Shown: positions 44,158 to 54,248 of the stretch, piece by piece
Numbering within the stretch: the first letter of the stretch is position 1
Layout of the letters: each line of letters starts with the position of its first letter
DNA from: Thiothrix sp.
Lineage (GTDB): Bacteria > Pseudomonadota > Gammaproteobacteria > Thiotrichales > Thiotrichaceae
Assembly (NCBI GenBank): GCA_020442915.1
Contig: JAGRJD010000022.1
Coordinates: 4,748 to 68,747, forward strand
Direction of reading: 5' to 3'
DNA length: 64,000 bases
The notes under the pieces: generated by a model
Told to the model about the DNA's origin: nothing
The model's input: only the letters and a program-made list of their open reading frames with translations
Databases searched by the model: none
Program-made: the position numbers and the translations under genes

Positions 44158-45210
44158 ATGGTGAAAAAATACCCGCTTAATAACTGGGCCCTGAATATGG
44201 CTGCCTTGCTCCTGCTGGTGATCATGATCGGCTGGTTGCTGGTCATCGGGCGCAACCTGCTGATTCCGGTCGTGATGGCCCTGATCATCTGGTACCTGCT
44301 GGACAGCATTGCCTCCTACCTGCAGTCCTGCCGGGTGTTCGGTTATCCCGTTTCACATTCGCTGGCAATGGTCGGGGCTTTTCTGGTCATGGGAACGGTC
44401 ATCATACTGGTCATTAACATGGTGGCCGAGAATGCGGTCGCCATGGCGGTCAATGCGCCGGAATACCAGCTGAAAATTCAGGCGCGGATTCAGGAGCTGT
44501 TTTCCTGGGTTGCGCCCAGGGCCGAGTTCAGCATGGACAAGCTGGCCGACCTTTTCAATCTGCAACGCCTGCTGGGCTGGGTCACGGGGCTGGTCAGCAG
44601 TGTCACCAGCACCCTGATGCTGGTCGTGGTCTATCTGCTGTTCATTTTTCTGGAGCGCCCCTGGTTTGATGCCAAGTTTGCCGCCCTGTTTTCCGAACCG
44701 GAGCGGCATGCACATGCCCTCACCATCCGGCGGGAAATCATGCGGCGTATTCAGGTTTACCTGAGTGTCAAAACCCTGGTCAGTGTGCTTACCGGCGTGT
44801 TGAGCTGGCTGCTGCTGACCCTGATCGGCGTGGATTATGCGGTCTTCTGGGGATTCATCATTTTTCTGCTCAACTACATTCCTACCATCGGTTCGATTGT
44901 GGCCGTGATTTTTCCGGCCCTGCTGGCCCTGGTGCAGTTCGATACCATTACCCAGTTCCTGCTGGTGGCGATATTGCTGGGCTCGTTGCAGTTCATGATC
45001 GGCAATGTGCTGGAGCCCCGGCTGATGGGGGCCAACCTGAATATCAGCGGCCTGGCCATCATGCTGACCCTGTCATTGTGGGGGACAATCTGGGGCATTA
45101 CCGGGATGATCCTGTCGGTACCGATTACCGTGGTGCTCATGATTGTCTGTGCCCAGTTCAGGTCCACCAGAGGCCTGGCCATCATGCTGTCTGCCGAGGG
45201 CAAGGTCTGA
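44158..45210 (+). CDS. AI-2E family transporter (PerM/UPF0118)
   Basis: Start trimmed to the ATG at 44158. About 8 TM helices. The C-terminal half (...NYIPTIGSIVAVIFPALLAL...GLAIMLTLSLWGTIWGITGMILSVPIT) is the family signature. Confidence 0.85.
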   Translation: MVKKYPLNNWALNMAALLLLVIMIGWLLVIGRNLLIPVVMALIIWYLLDSIASYLQSCRVFGYPVSHSLAMVGAFLVMGTVIILVINMVAENAVAMAVNAPEYQLKIQARIQELFSWVAPRAEFSMDKLADLFNLQRLLGWVTGLVSSVTSTLMLVVVYLLFIFLERPWFDAKFAALFSEPERHAHALTIRREIMRRIQVYLSVKTLVSVLTGVLSWLLLTLIGVDYAVFWGFIIFLLNYIPTIGSIVAVIFPALLALVQFDTITQFLLVAILLGSLQFMIGNVLEPRLMGANLNISGLAIMLTLSLWGTIWGITGMILSVPITVVLMIVCAQFRSTRGLAIMLSAEGKV

Positions 45211-45280
45211 TGTGCTGTCAAGCCCCGGCAGGGTATCGGCTGCCAGCTATGTTGCTGCCGGTTCAGGGCCGGGGCGGGTG

Positions 45281-45982
45281 ATGGATACACCGGGGCCGGT
45301 TGTCGGCGGTGATGCCATACCGGCCTGTCCGTTGTGCCATGGGAGTACGGACTTTTACTGGGCCGACCGGGTTCGGCATTATTTTCAGTGCTGCTGTTGC
45401 CAGCTGGTCTTTGCCGACCCGGCCACCCGGCTGGGGCCGGCTGCGGAGCGTCGGGTCTATGAGCTGCATCGCAACTCAGCGGAAGATGCCGGCTATCGGC
45501 GTTTTCTGATGCGTCTGGTGGAACCGCTGACTCAGCGTCTGGGGATTGATGCCGGGAAGGGGAGTGCGGATGGGGCAACGCTGCAGGGGCTGGATTTCGG
45601 CTGTGGGCCGGGACCTGCCCTGTCGGTGCTGCTGGAGGCACGGGGCTGTTGCATGCAATTGTATGATCCGTTTTTTGCACCGGACCGGAGGGTACTGGCG
45701 GCGCGCTATGACTTCATTACCTGTACCGAGGTCGTGGAACATTTGTACACCCCGGCACGGGAATGGGCACTGCTGCTGCAGGGGCTGAAACCGGGAGGCT
45801 GGCTGGGAATCATGACCAAGCTGGTGCTTGATCGGGAAGCATTTGTACACTGGCACTACAAGAATGATCCGACCCATGTGAGTTTTTTCAGTCGCCCGAC
45901 CTTCCGGTTTCTGGCGGCACGGGATGGCCTGATGCCGGAGTTTGTCGGCAGGGATGTCATCCTGCTGCGCAAGCCACTGTGA
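45281..45982 (+). CDS. class I SAM-dependent methyltransferase with an N-terminal Cys4 zinc ribbon
   Basis: Start trimmed to the ATG at 45281. CPLCHG...CCCCQ zinc ribbon. SAM motif I LDFGCGPG. Also ...TCTEVVEHLYTP. Confidence 0.75.
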   Translation: MDTPGPVVGGDAIPACPLCHGSTDFYWADRVRHYFQCCCCQLVFADPATRLGPAAERRVYELHRNSAEDAGYRRFLMRLVEPLTQRLGIDAGKGSADGATLQGLDFGCGPGPALSVLLEARGCCMQLYDPFFAPDRRVLAARYDFITCTEVVEHLYTPAREWALLLQGLKPGGWLGIMTKLVLDREAFVHWHYKNDPTHVSFFSRPTFRFLAARDGLMPEFVGRDVILLRKPL

Positions 45983-45993
45983 GCCGGCTGGCA

Positions 45994-46518
45994 TTAGTGC
46001 CGGCGCAGACGGTAACAGGGTCGGGAGCTGTTGTCGATCAGTGCATGCCGGAGCAGCCACTGGCGTGCATCTTCAGCATCTTCTTCAAACCAGCGCTGCG
46101 CCGAGCCGAGCCGGAAGGTATAACCCCAGGCATCCATGTCACTCAGGGCTCGTTTCCGCCCGAACCCGGGAATCCGGTCTGCCAGCAGAATCTGCAGGTA
46201 GCAGACGGCATCCTCTTCCGGGGTCTCACCGCCGGCATCGGTATGCAGCTGCTCACGCCGGGTCTCGTCCATGCAGATCACATGACAGCTTTCATGCAGC
46301 AGTGAGTGCAGCGGGGTATCCGGACGCACGTAAACCGTGGTACCGATCAGACCGGCTTCCGGTGCGCCCCAGTAGCTGCCCGGAATCGCCTCGTCCAGAG
46401 GCAGTAGCTGTAACCGGAGGCCGAACTGTGCCAGCAGGGTGCTGACTGTCCGTGTATCCGTCCGGGCCAGGGGCATGATGGCCCCGGCTTGTGGTTCGAG
46501 GGGCTGAAACGGTGGCAT
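45994..46518 (-). CDS. hypothetical protein with an HExxH motif (start uncertain)
   Basis: Contains LHSLLHESCHVICMD. No signal peptide or TM helix. No family recognised by eye. Confidence 0.45.
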   Translation of the reverse strand: MPPFQPLEPQAGAIMPLARTDTRTVSTLLAQFGLRLQLLPLDEAIPGSYWGAPEAGLIGTTVYVRPDTPLHSLLHESCHVICMDETRREQLHTDAGGETPEEDAVCYLQILLADRIPGFGRKRALSDMDAWGYTFRLGSAQRWFEEDAEDARQWLLRHALIDNSSRPCYRLRRH

Positions 46519-46552
46519 GCGCGGGATTGGTGTGTCTCTGCCTGCGGGACGC

Positions 46553-47011
46553 TTACAGCAGGTAGCGCCCGGCTGTTGCCACCGTGACGGTGATCAGGCC
46601 CAATACCAGATTAATGCCCACCAGCAGGCGGATCTGGTTCAGGGCTTTGCCACCATCGGGCCAGCGCTGCCCGGCGACCGCCTGACGCAGGCGGCGGTAG
46701 GGAGCAAAAAAGACATGGGCGAAAACAGCCATCATGACCAGTCCCAATCCCTGCATGACATGGATGAACAGCGGTGTTCCCGCCATGCCACCGTACTGCA
46801 TGAAGATGACCCAGTAGCCGGAGCCGAGGATCAGGGCTACACAGGCCCAGACCCAGGGGAAGAAGTGTGCAAATACGCCCTGCCACAACGTGAGACGTTG
46901 CGGGGGCTCCAGCCGGGCTGCTGCCACCGGGCGCAGGCACATATAGGCAAAAAACATTCCACCTACCCAGATCACAACGGCGATAACATGGAGAGCAATA
47001 GCGACTGACAT
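46553..47011 (-). CDS. small 4-TM membrane protein, CopD-family-like
   Basis: MSVAIALHVIAVVIWVGGMFFAYMCLRP... is the CopD-type first helix. 152 aa. Its start lies 3 nt downstream of the end of the wzc-like gene. Confidence 0.5.
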   Translation of the reverse strand: MSVAIALHVIAVVIWVGGMFFAYMCLRPVAAARLEPPQRLTLWQGVFAHFFPWVWACVALILGSGYWVIFMQYGGMAGTPLFIHVMQGLGLVMMAVFAHVFFAPYRRLRQAVAGQRWPDGGKALNQIRLLVGINLVLGLITVTVATAGRYLL

Positions 47012-47014
47012 GGC

Positions 47015-48964
47015 CTAACCTCGTGCGACCGGGTATTGGTAGTAATCATTTTCATAACCGATACGCTCGGCATTGGTAACCTGATTCAGCAACAGACCGT
47101 TGACGGTGATGCCGGACTGGCGCAGACGTTTGAGGGCGTTGTTGATGGTGGTCATGCTGGTATTACCGGCATGAACAGCCAGAATGGTCAGGGTTGCCAG
47201 TGAGGCCAGAATCAGGGAATCTGCCAGCCCCAGCACCGGCGGGCCGTCCAGAATGACGATGTCGTAGTGTTCGGTGGCAGCCTTGAGCAGGTCTTCCATG
47301 CGGCGGTTGGCCAGCAGTTCCGCAGGGTCATGTGCAGTTTCGCCAGCAGCAATCACATCCAGATTCTGTACATTCGCACTCTGGATCAGCTTGTCCTGGG
47401 CCAGGCGTCCGGACAGGTAGTTGGTCAGACCCTGTGTGTTTTTTACGCCCAGCAGTTTGTGCATGGAGGGGTTGCGCAGGTCGGCGTCAATCAGCAGCAC
47501 CCGGTTGCCGGCATGGGCATAGGTGCTGGCCAGGTTGACTGAAACCGTGGTTTTGCCCTCATTGGCCTTGGCACTGGTGATAAAGATGATGTTGGTGCTG
47601 TCTTCCCGCCGGCGCAGTTTGAAGCGCAGGGTGGTGCGCAGGGTGCGGAAGGCTTCAGCAATGCTGGAGTGGGGCTCGCTCAGTGCCAGCTGGGCGATTT
47701 TTTTCTCTTCCCGTACCTTCGAGGCGGGAATGATGCCGATGACATCCAGCTGGGTCTGACGCTCAAGGTCGTTGACGTTCTTGACACTGTCATCCATGTA
47801 TTCACGCAGGAAGGCAGCGGCGATACCGAGAAACAGCCCCAGCAGGGCGGCAAAGCCCAGGTTGGTGGAAAGTTTGGGCTTGTATTTTTTCAAGGGTACC
47901 TGGGCCTGATCCACCAGCATGATATTGTTGGTACCCACACCACCGGCAACGTTGATTTCCTTCATGCGCTGCAGCAGCCCCTGATACAGGGCCTGGTTGG
48001 TTTCCACTTCCCGCTGCAGGGTTTTGTAAGTAACGGTCTGGCTCTGGAGCTGCTGGGCTCTGGCCTGTTCGCGCCCCAGTTCGTCACGTACCAGTTCGGC
48101 CTTTTTCTGGGCTGCTTCCAGTTCAGCCCTGCTGCTTCTGGGGTCGGACTTGAGGGAGATGACTTCACTTTCTGCCTTCACCACCTCTTCGGACAGGCGC
48201 ATGATGGCATGGGTGCCGGCGGTGGAGTCCTTGTCATCCAGCATGATGATGTCATTTTCTTCCGCATAGCGGTTCAGGTTGGCCTCGGCCTCCTGTAATT
48301 TGGCCTTGGCATCCTTGATACGGTCGGTCAGAAAGTCCTGGGCATTCTGGGTGGTTTCAAAGCGCCGCTCCAGATTGAGTTCGATGAAGGTGTCGACAAT
48401 CGCGTTGGCTACCCTGGCCGCACCCTCGGGGCTGGAGCCATCAAAATGGACCTCGACCAGACGTGAGTTTTTGATGGGCTCGATGGTCATGTTCTCGATA
48501 ATGGCATTGGCCAGGCTGGCTTTCTGATCCCGGGTGTTGTCCGGCAGGATGGTGTCCCTGAGCCGGGTCAGCAGGGAACGGCGGATGATGCTGTCATCCA
48601 GTTTCAGTTTGTCAATCACGCGCTCTACCAGACCAAAACTTCTGATCAGTTCGAACTGGGTCTGGTAAAAATCGCGGGTATCACGAATGTCACCGGGGTT
48701 GATGAAATCGACATCAATCACCTTGGTGGTTTCCCGTTCCACCTGGACTCTGGCGGTGGCCCGGTACTCAGGGCTGCTGAGCAGGGTGAACAGCAGGGTC
48801 AACAACAGGACTATAACCAATACGGCAAGAATCAGCCCTTTCTGACGGGTCAGTGTCCTCCAGAATTCGCGCAGATCAAGGCTGTCCTGTTTCTGGGCAA
48901 AGTCGGGCATGTATGGTCGGGTTGCCGCGCCAGTGGCGGCAATGTTTGATTTGGAGTTTTGCAT
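47015..48964 (-). CDS. polysaccharide co-polymerase / tyrosine autokinase (Wzc/GumC-type, PCP-2a)
   Basis: Start trimmed to the ATG at 48964. Two TM helices flank a coiled-coil periplasmic domain. Walker A SAKANEGKTT, Walker A' VLLIDADLRNP, Walker B YDIVILDGPP. C-terminal Tyr cluster YENDYYQY. Confidence 0.85.
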   Translation of the reverse strand: MQNSKSNIAATGAATRPYMPDFAQKQDSLDLREFWRTLTRQKGLILAVLVIVLLLTLLFTLLSSPEYRATARVQVERETTKVIDVDFINPGDIRDTRDFYQTQFELIRSFGLVERVIDKLKLDDSIIRRSLLTRLRDTILPDNTRDQKASLANAIIENMTIEPIKNSRLVEVHFDGSSPEGAARVANAIVDTFIELNLERRFETTQNAQDFLTDRIKDAKAKLQEAEANLNRYAEENDIIMLDDKDSTAGTHAIMRLSEEVVKAESEVISLKSDPRSSRAELEAAQKKAELVRDELGREQARAQQLQSQTVTYKTLQREVETNQALYQGLLQRMKEINVAGGVGTNNIMLVDQAQVPLKKYKPKLSTNLGFAALLGLFLGIAAAFLREYMDDSVKNVNDLERQTQLDVIGIIPASKVREEKKIAQLALSEPHSSIAEAFRTLRTTLRFKLRRREDSTNIIFITSAKANEGKTTVSVNLASTYAHAGNRVLLIDADLRNPSMHKLLGVKNTQGLTNYLSGRLAQDKLIQSANVQNLDVIAAGETAHDPAELLANRRMEDLLKAATEHYDIVILDGPPVLGLADSLILASLATLTILAVHAGNTSMTTINNALKRLRQSGITVNGLLLNQVTNAERIGYENDYYQYPVARG

Positions 48965-49062
48965 AACGGAATCTTGGTCTGAAAATATCCTGTTTAAGAG
49001 CGAGGTGTCATCTGGACCCGGGCAACCATCCATGAGCGGCTGCTACCGTGTTAGTGTGCATT

Positions 49063-50172
49063 TCAGCCGCTTGCAGTGCCAGTTTTCCCTGATGAAGCGT
49101 AAAACCCGTTAATGTAGCGCCTCAGGGGGGTTTCGATCAATTTGAACGAGATTATAGCCGTAATGGTGAGGAGTACCACAAAAAGGTAGAAATGTAATTG
49201 CTGACCCAGCGGAAGCCATTGACCCAGTGTGCGATCATAGACAGCATAAAACGGGCGCTGCAGGAGATAAAGTGAATAACTGGCTTCTCCCAGCAGTATC
49301 GGGAGCGGGTGGGCGAACAGCTGTGTCAGCCTGCCCCGGTTCTGGGCGATCAGGACCATCAACAGAATGAACAGTGGTGACAGTAACCCGTTGTTGTAGT
49401 CGATCAGAAAGCCCAGTCTGGCTTCAATCCAGGTCTCGAATACGAGCAGCAGCAGGATGGTCAGTGTACACAGAAAAAGGGCAAGGCCGTTCCGGTTCTG
49501 AGCCAGATGATTCAGTTTGCCGTCGACAAACCAGACACCTGCCAGAAATCCCGACAGAAACAGGTTGAGGTGCATGAGCGGGAAGTAGTAAATAAAATCA
49601 TGCAGCAGGGTATGTGGCTTGTAAGCCGGCAGGTTATGCAGTCCTATCTGTATCAGCTGGGTGACAGCCCAGAGTATCAGGGTCAGCCACAGCAGGCGTT
49701 TCATGTGCCGGTGTTGCACCATCATCAGGAGTGGAAAAATCAGGTAGAAGAAAGCTTCGACCGAAATCGACCAGCCTGGGGAGTTGATGCTCAGGGCATA
49801 ACCGGGAACCCATGCCTGCAGCACCAGCAGATTCAGCAGCACCGCGACCGGGTCTTTGCCATCGGTATCGAAGTTGGCAACGATCATCAGCAGCAGAACC
49901 AGCAGGTAGATCGGATAAACACGGGCAAAACGGGCCAGCCAGTACTTTCCCGTCTTGAAACGGCCTGCGTTGGCTGTCGTTTCCGGACGGTAATAGGCAA
50001 TGGCCATGATAAAGCCGGACAGAAGGTAGAAGTAGGTGACTGCGGTCGGACCCGACATGAATATGGGGGCCAGCCAGTCCACAGAAGCGGGAAATACCGT
50101 CCCGCCAAAATGAAAAAACAGGACAGTCAGGGCCGCAAGGTAACGGGTAAAGGTCAGTTGCTCCAGTTTCAA
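49063..50172 (-). CDS. acyltransferase family 3 membrane protein (sugar O-acyl/acetyltransferase)
   Basis: FTRYLAALTVLFFHFG N-terminal motif and about 10 TM helices. 369 aa. Confidence 0.8.
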   Translation of the reverse strand: MKLEQLTFTRYLAALTVLFFHFGGTVFPASVDWLAPIFMSGPTAVTYFYLLSGFIMAIAYYRPETTANAGRFKTGKYWLARFARVYPIYLLVLLLMIVANFDTDGKDPVAVLLNLLVLQAWVPGYALSINSPGWSISVEAFFYLIFPLLMMVQHRHMKRLLWLTLILWAVTQLIQIGLHNLPAYKPHTLLHDFIYYFPLMHLNLFLSGFLAGVWFVDGKLNHLAQNRNGLALFLCTLTILLLLVFETWIEARLGFLIDYNNGLLSPLFILLMVLIAQNRGRLTQLFAHPLPILLGEASYSLYLLQRPFYAVYDRTLGQWLPLGQQLHFYLFVVLLTITAIISFKLIETPLRRYINGFYASSGKTGTASG

Positions 50173-50197
50173 GGGCAGGCAGCTTCAGTTGTTGTGA

Positions 50198-51640
50198 TCA
50201 GTAGGCATTTTTGTCGGACAAGGTTTTGAACGCTGTCACCAGTATGATGCGCAGGTCCAGTCCCAAGCTCCACTTGCGGATGTACTCCATGTCGTATTCC
50301 ACCCGCTTCTGCATTTTATACAGGGTGTCGGTCTCACCGCGCCAGCCATTCACCTGTGCCCAGCCGGTGATGCCGGGTTTCATCAGGTGGCGCATCATGT
50401 AGCCGGGAATCAGCTGCTGGTATTCCTCGTTATGGGAAATGGCATGAGGACGCGGGCCTACCACTGACATGCGGCCCTGCAGCACGTTGAAAAACTGGGG
50501 CAGTTCGTCCATGGAGGTTTTACGGAGCAGGGCACCGACACGGGTGACGCGCAGGTCATTCTTGGTTGCCTGCCGAATGGTCCCCTCGTTTTCGCAGACG
50601 GTCATGGTGCGGAATTTCCAGACCAGAATCTTTTCACCACGCAGGCCATGGCGCCATTGTTTGAAAAGAACAGGGCCGGGAGAGGTGAGCTTGACCGCCA
50701 GTGCGATAACGACCATGACCGGCAGGGTTAGTGTGAGCAGGGCAGCACCAATCAGCAGATCCTCCAGACGCTTGATGAGCGCGTTGCGCACCGACAGAGG
50801 GGCGTCATAGATGCAGAGCACCGGCGTATCGGCAATTTCCAGGTATTTGCTGTGCATCAGGGAGCTGGTGAAGGTGTCCGGAATCAGGCGGATCGGCGTG
50901 ATGGTATCGGACAGGCTGCCGATCAGCCGGGCTGCCAGCTCACGCTTCTCCGGTGGCAGGGCAAGGTAGATCTGGTCCCAGGTCCCCATGCGTGCATCCT
51001 CGATCATGGTGTCCAGGTTGCCGATATGGGCATGATGACCGGAAAGCCAGGTGCTCTCATCCTGTTCCGGACCGTCAGCACCGGTACTGTAAAAACCGGC
51101 GACATGAAGACCTGACTCCGGCTGACTGTCGATCGCCTGGGCGAACTTGAGGCCACTTTCGGTGATCCCTGCAATGGCAATGTTGCGGTTGTTGATGCCC
51201 ATGCTCTTGAGCCTGGCCTGCAGGCTTCGGAGGATCAGACGGTTGATGATGAGCAGGGCGGGAGCCACGAACAGCCAGCCGATCAATACCATGCGTGAGA
51301 GCTGATCGGAGGTCTTGGAGACAAAGATGATGAAGACCAGGATGAAGAAGGTGGCGAGCCAGGTCACGATGATGCGCATGACCTCGTCCCGGAAGAAGGC
51401 CCGCCCTCCCCAGGAGGTATAAATGTCCGTGAACCGCCCTACCAGACCGAATACCAGGGAGGCACCCAGTCCGGTGGCAAGGTAGCCGCCCAGGTTGTAG
51501 TCGCTGGAATAGGCTATCGCCAGCAGCAGAATACTCAGGATGACCAAGGTATCCGTACTGCGGTAGATGAGTTCAGAGCTGATTTTTTTATCTACCATTT
51601 CGGTTGTCCGTCCAAAAAAATCATTATCCTCAGGGGCCAT
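50198..51640 (-). CDS. polyprenyl-phosphate hexose-1-phosphate transferase (WcaJ/EpsB-type initiating enzyme; alternative start at 51598)
   Basis: N-terminal TM block. The C-terminal bacterial sugar transferase domain reads ...DELPQFFNVLQGRMSVVGPRP...KPGITGWAQVNG... Confidence 0.85.
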   Translation of the reverse strand: MAPEDNDFFGRTTEMVDKKISSELIYRSTDTLVILSILLLAIAYSSDYNLGGYLATGLGASLVFGLVGRFTDIYTSWGGRAFFRDEVMRIIVTWLATFFILVFIIFVSKTSDQLSRMVLIGWLFVAPALLIINRLILRSLQARLKSMGINNRNIAIAGITESGLKFAQAIDSQPESGLHVAGFYSTGADGPEQDESTWLSGHHAHIGNLDTMIEDARMGTWDQIYLALPPEKRELAARLIGSLSDTITPIRLIPDTFTSSLMHSKYLEIADTPVLCIYDAPLSVRNALIKRLEDLLIGAALLTLTLPVMVVIALAVKLTSPGPVLFKQWRHGLRGEKILVWKFRTMTVCENEGTIRQATKNDLRVTRVGALLRKTSMDELPQFFNVLQGRMSVVGPRPHAISHNEEYQQLIPGYMMRHLMKPGITGWAQVNGWRGETDTLYKMQKRVEYDMEYIRKWSLGLDLRIILVTAFKTLSDKNAY

Positions 51641-51916
51641 GTCTCCGGCCTTTGGAGAATTTTATTGTCACATTTGTATCGGTATGTCAGCATCGGGTTC
51701 ATCGCTCTGGAAAAAAAGCAACAAAACTGAGGCCGCCTTGTTTAACTTGCATTAAGAGAGTTGATTGTTAACCTGCTGATATACCTGAATAATACTTTAT
51801 GGCGACACGATGACACTCAGGCCGCTCAAACTTATGCCTCTAACTATAGCTGAATTTCACTGGATTTGTAGTAAAAAAAATACAAGCTGGCGGTTTTCGG
51901 GGATAACTGCTCAGGT

Positions 51917-52756
51917 TCACGGTACTGTTTCCTGTCGTGAGGTCTGGTCGGTTTCCCAGCGGTAACTGTCCAGGCTTTTGAACTGGTGTCTGGCCCGTAT
52001 CCGGATGGCAAGACTGATCAGGATGTAGCAGAGGGTTGGCACACAGTCACGGCTGAACAGACGGGCGCGCAGGATTTGGGAATAAGGCTTGTGCTCCGGG
52101 CGGCTGCAGAGCTTTTTGGTGGCGAGTTCCATGTTGCCCAGCCGGGCACGTGCCTTGATCTTGATCAGGGAATGCAGGTTGCTGGGGGCCGTAATGTAAA
52201 TCCGGGCACCGGGGATGTTGCCGCGCTCTGCCGGGCTGAACTGGCAGCGCACATAGCCGTCATCATTGATGATGGGAGGAAAGTCCGTAAAACGCTGGCG
52301 GCCCTGCTCGGAAATGACATAGCTGCAGGTGGCAACCACGCCGTCACGGATATAAGGCAGGCTGAGCCAGGTATGGTAGTATTGACGTACCAGCCAGGAG
52401 GCGTGTGACACGTCGATTTCGGGTTCCGGTGCTGCCAGCAGCAGACCGTTGCGGGCCATGCCGTCAGTAATGATGGCAATGGCGTTTTCCGACAGGCGTG
52501 TATCGGCGTCAATGTAGAATACCGGCCAGTCTGCCAGGTGTTGCTCTGCTTCGTTCAGGGCATTGACTTTGGAAGGCGTCGGAATGTCAAGGCACAGTGC
52601 ATCCGGATACTCCATACGCACAATGTCGGCGGTATTGTCGGTGCAGCCGTTGCAGGCCACGATCAGGCGCGTTACGCCGGGCTGACGGCTCAGGCTGTCA
52701 AGGCAGCGACGGATGACACTGGCTTCATTATGGGCCGGTACGATAATGGTGGCCAT
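51917..52756 (-). CDS. glycosyltransferase family 2
   Basis: Start trimmed to the ATG at 52756 (MATIIVPAHNEASVIRRCLDSL...). It has a DxD-like YIDADT motif. Confidence 0.8.
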   Translation of the reverse strand: MATIIVPAHNEASVIRRCLDSLSRQPGVTRLIVACNGCTDNTADIVRMEYPDALCLDIPTPSKVNALNEAEQHLADWPVFYIDADTRLSENAIAIITDGMARNGLLLAAPEPEIDVSHASWLVRQYYHTWLSLPYIRDGVVATCSYVISEQGRQRFTDFPPIINDDGYVRCQFSPAERGNIPGARIYITAPSNLHSLIKIKARARLGNMELATKKLCSRPEHKPYSQILRARLFSRDCVPTLCYILISLAIRIRARHQFKSLDSYRWETDQTSRQETVP

Positions 52757-53682
52757 CAGCGATACCCCCGGAGCCAGTCGGTGCGCTGTTCGAAGACTGT
52801 ATGCCACTCCCGCTCCTGTTCTGTGCCGGATTTGAGGAGTCGATGGGACAGGTATTTGTTCAGTACATAAAGGTATAGCAGAAACCTGTAGAACGGTTTT
52901 TTCCAGCCGGGCACGTGACGGTTGATCAGCTCCACCTTGCCTTTGAGCAGCTTGATCTGTTTACTGGAGAAGCGGTTATGGCTGACACCACCGTGGTGGA
53001 TGATGCGGGCCTTGGGCGCCACAATGGGCTGGTAGCCGGCCCGGATGGCACGCAGGCAGAAGTCGGCTTCCTCGGCATACATGAAAAAGGCAGGATCAAA
53101 ACCACCCAGCTCATTCCATAGCTGATGCCGGGTCAGAAAGAAGCAGCCGGAGATGATATCGACTTCGCGCACGCTTTGCCGGTCCCAGCAGCCGTAATTG
53201 GCATGATTGAAAAAGCAGCTCCCGGCAAAGCGCTTGCTTAAACCCAGCGCACTGAACAGCAGGGAGGCAAAGTCCGGTCGTGCCCAGGCATGCTGGGTAT
53301 TGAGGCTCAGGTCATTATTAAGGGTGACGCCACCCCAGATGCCATGCTCCGGGTACTGGCGGGCAAAAGCCATCAGCCGGTCAATCGCCTGCTCCAGTAC
53401 GACGGTATCCGGATTGAGCATCAGGACGTACTCACCCCTGCTGGCTTCGATGCCGATGCTGACGCCGCCGGCAAATCCGAGGTTGGCACCGGATTCGATC
53501 AGCCTGACAGTCGGAAAGTGCTCACGGATCATGGCTACGGAATGGTCTCCGGACTGGTTGTCGACCACGATCAGCTCGAAGGTGGTGAGCCGGGTTTCGG
53601 CAAACACGGAGCGCAGGGCGCGCACGGTATAGTCCGCCGTGTTGTAGGATACCAGAATGATACTGAGTTCCGGGGCGGTCAT
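52756..53682 (-). CDS. glycosyltransferase family 2 (rhamnosyltransferase-like)
   Basis: Start trimmed to the ATG at 53682. LSIILVSYNTADYT...LIVVDNQSGD...NLGFAGG...LNPDT motifs. Confidence 0.85.
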   Translation of the reverse strand: MTAPELSIILVSYNTADYTVRALRSVFAETRLTTFELIVVDNQSGDHSVAMIREHFPTVRLIESGANLGFAGGVSIGIEASRGEYVLMLNPDTVVLEQAIDRLMAFARQYPEHGIWGGVTLNNDLSLNTQHAWARPDFASLLFSALGLSKRFAGSCFFNHANYGCWDRQSVREVDIISGCFFLTRHQLWNELGGFDPAFFMYAEEADFCLRAIRAGYQPIVAPKARIIHHGGVSHNRFSSKQIKLLKGKVELINRHVPGWKKPFYRFLLYLYVLNKYLSHRLLKSGTEQEREWHTVFEQRTDWLRGYR

Positions 53683-54248
53683 GGGGCCGTTCCTGCGGGA
53701 TTGATCACCCGGCATTCCTGTCGGGGTGCCTGTTCATGCGGGGTTTGCTGTTCTTCTTTTTCCATTGCTCCAGTATTCCGGTTTTCATCCGGGATCAGGC
53801 GTCCGAACGGCAGGGTCCGGATACCGGAGCGGATGACTTTGGCAGGATTGCCTGCCACGATCGAGTGTGCCGGTACGTCACGTGTCACCACACTGCCGGC
53901 GGCAACAATGCACTCGTCACCAATCCTGATGCCGGGCATGATGATTGAGCCGCAGCCGATAAAACAGCGGGCACCGATATGGGTGGTTTCCCCATATTTG
54001 CCCGAATGACGCTGGGTTGCAAAATCATGCGACAGAATGATGCTGTCAAAGGCGACCAGCGTCTGCTCGTCGATGCGGATCCCGCCGGGATTGGTCTTGT
54101 CCATGCGCGCCTTGAGCGAGATGCGGACATCCGGCGCCAGCTGCATGCCATAGAAGCGGCGCAGGTACCAGTTGTAGGCCCAGAGCAGGCTGTGGCGCAG
54201 GTGGATGATCCACAGGAAGGCCCGCTGGCTGACAAATCGGGGTTTCAT
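53679..54248 (-). CDS. hexapeptide-repeat (LbH) acetyltransferase
   Basis: ...HIGARCFIGCGSIIMPGIRIGDECIVAAGSVVTRDVPAHSIVAGNPAKVI is the left-handed beta-helix signature. Confidence 0.8.
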   Translation of the reverse strand: MKPRFVSQRAFLWIIHLRHSLLWAYNWYLRRFYGMQLAPDVRISLKARMDKTNPGGIRIDEQTLVAFDSIILSHDFATQRHSGKYGETTHIGARCFIGCGSIIMPGIRIGDECIVAAGSVVTRDVPAHSIVAGNPAKVIRSGIRTLPFGRLIPDENRNTGAMEKEEQQTPHEQAPRQECRVINPAGTAP

